Below, piece after piece: positions 62,881 through 64,000 of a stretch of 64,000 nucleotides of DNA; position 1 is the stretch's first letter; each line of letters begins with the position of its first letter. A program made the position numbers and the translations under genes. The DNA is taken from assembly GCA_026914245.1 (NCBI GenBank), contig CP110439.1, positions 2,232,001 to 2,296,000 on the forward strand, read 5' to 3'. The notes under the pieces were generated by a model that ran no database searches, was not told where the DNA came from, and worked only from the letters and a program-made list of their open reading frames with translations. Source of the stretch: Puccinia triticina. Its lineage: Eukaryota.

Positions 62881-63495
62881 CTAAGATGGATGAATTTGCG
62901 ATGTCCTATATTGATCAATTCATATTGATCATTTTTTTTTATTCCTCTTGATACCTATTTGTGTGTGTCATGCCTCCTTAATACTCTTCTATAATTTCTC
63001 TCCTTCCCCCTGTATTTGCTTCAAGCCACAAACATTCATGAATTTCTACATACACCATTCGATTCTTTGTAAAAAAAAAGACATTGCCATTTTGAGGATT
63101 AATCCAGAGTGGCTGAGGGGTCTCAATTTTTTTTTCTTTTTTTTTTTTTACTTCAACAATTGATGTTATCAGAAATCTCCAAATCTACTTTTTTTTCAAA
63201 AAAGGAAAAACATTGACCCCTGACCTCTCTCATGATACCATCCTGCACACATTGTTAATTTGGTTGGTTGAACTTCCTGAAGATATTTCACATCATACTT
63301 GAAGTGCTACATGCATAGAAGGCCTTTTTAAAATTAGTTTACCATGGTTTAGCATATTTTTGTGAGGTTCTTTTTTTTATCTACTTTTCATCAACCACAG
63401 ATTAATGAGGAATATTTTCACATAAAATTTCATCGGACAATTGTTTGGCATATAAAAGCTAGAAATATTGTGTTTGGGTTCACGTCCATCATGCA

Positions 63496-64000
63496 GCAGC
63501 TACAATCTGATCAGTTGCCAAATATCACTACTTTGGCAGTTTCTTGGTGTTTCTGCCACTATAGTTCATCCCAGGGTGGGAATCCTTCTGCCAAATGGTT
63601 AACAAAAAGTTTAGAGGCCCCCAGAGTTTCATTATGTACCTTTACTGACCACAAAACCTCCAAATGTAGAAGCTACAGTCTGATCAGTTCCGAAATATCA
63701 CCACTTTGGTAGCTTCTTGGTGTTTCTGCCACTATATCTCATCCCAGCGTGGGAATCCTTCTGCCATATGGTTGCCAAAATATTCAGAGGCCCCCAAAGG
63801 TTCATTGTGTACCTTTAATGACCACAAAACCCTCAAATGTAGCAGCTACAGTCTGATCAGTTCCCAAATCTCACTATTTTGGTAGTTCCGTGGTGTTTCT
63901 GCCACTATATCTCTTCCCAGCGTGGGAATCCTTCTGCCATATGGTTACCGAAATATTTAGAGGCCCCCAAAGGTTCATTGTGCACCTTTACTGACCACAA
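63496..64000. repeat. 173-bp tandem repeat, about three copies, truncated by window end
   Basis: AGCTAC at 63498/63671/63844 and TGGGAATCC at 63577/63750/63923. Confidence 0.92.

Overview
Eukaryotic, intron-rich fungal DNA. The gene set, short GT-AG introns, repeat types and TpCpG-type decay point to a rust fungus (Pucciniales, Puccinia-like); this taxon call is inference. The left ~43 kb is gene-dense: RBBP4/HAT2-like, SF1/BBP, ferric reductase, AIM11-like, condensin CAP-G/YCG1, an orphan gene, a tandem pair of lineage-specific proteins, NBP35, SF3B6, CPSF2, RPA43, MOB4/phocein and a DUF3605-like gene, with eight genes in four tight head-to-head pairs. It is interrupted by a two-ORF PIF/Harbinger-superfamily transposon and several MITEs. 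The right ~21 kb is almost all mobile DNA: a Ty1/Copia element with five nested insertions that can be reconstructed exactly, a foldback repeat, a near-intact chromodomain Ty3/Gypsy element that appears to be self-priming, and a 173-bp tandem repeat running off the end. The most striking unexplained signal is a sense-strand array of about 14 branch-point-like CTRAY motifs just downstream of the stop codon of the branch-point-binding protein SF1/BBP, a candidate autoregulatory element. CDS coordinates are gene spans including introns, read by eye; exon boundaries are not validated.
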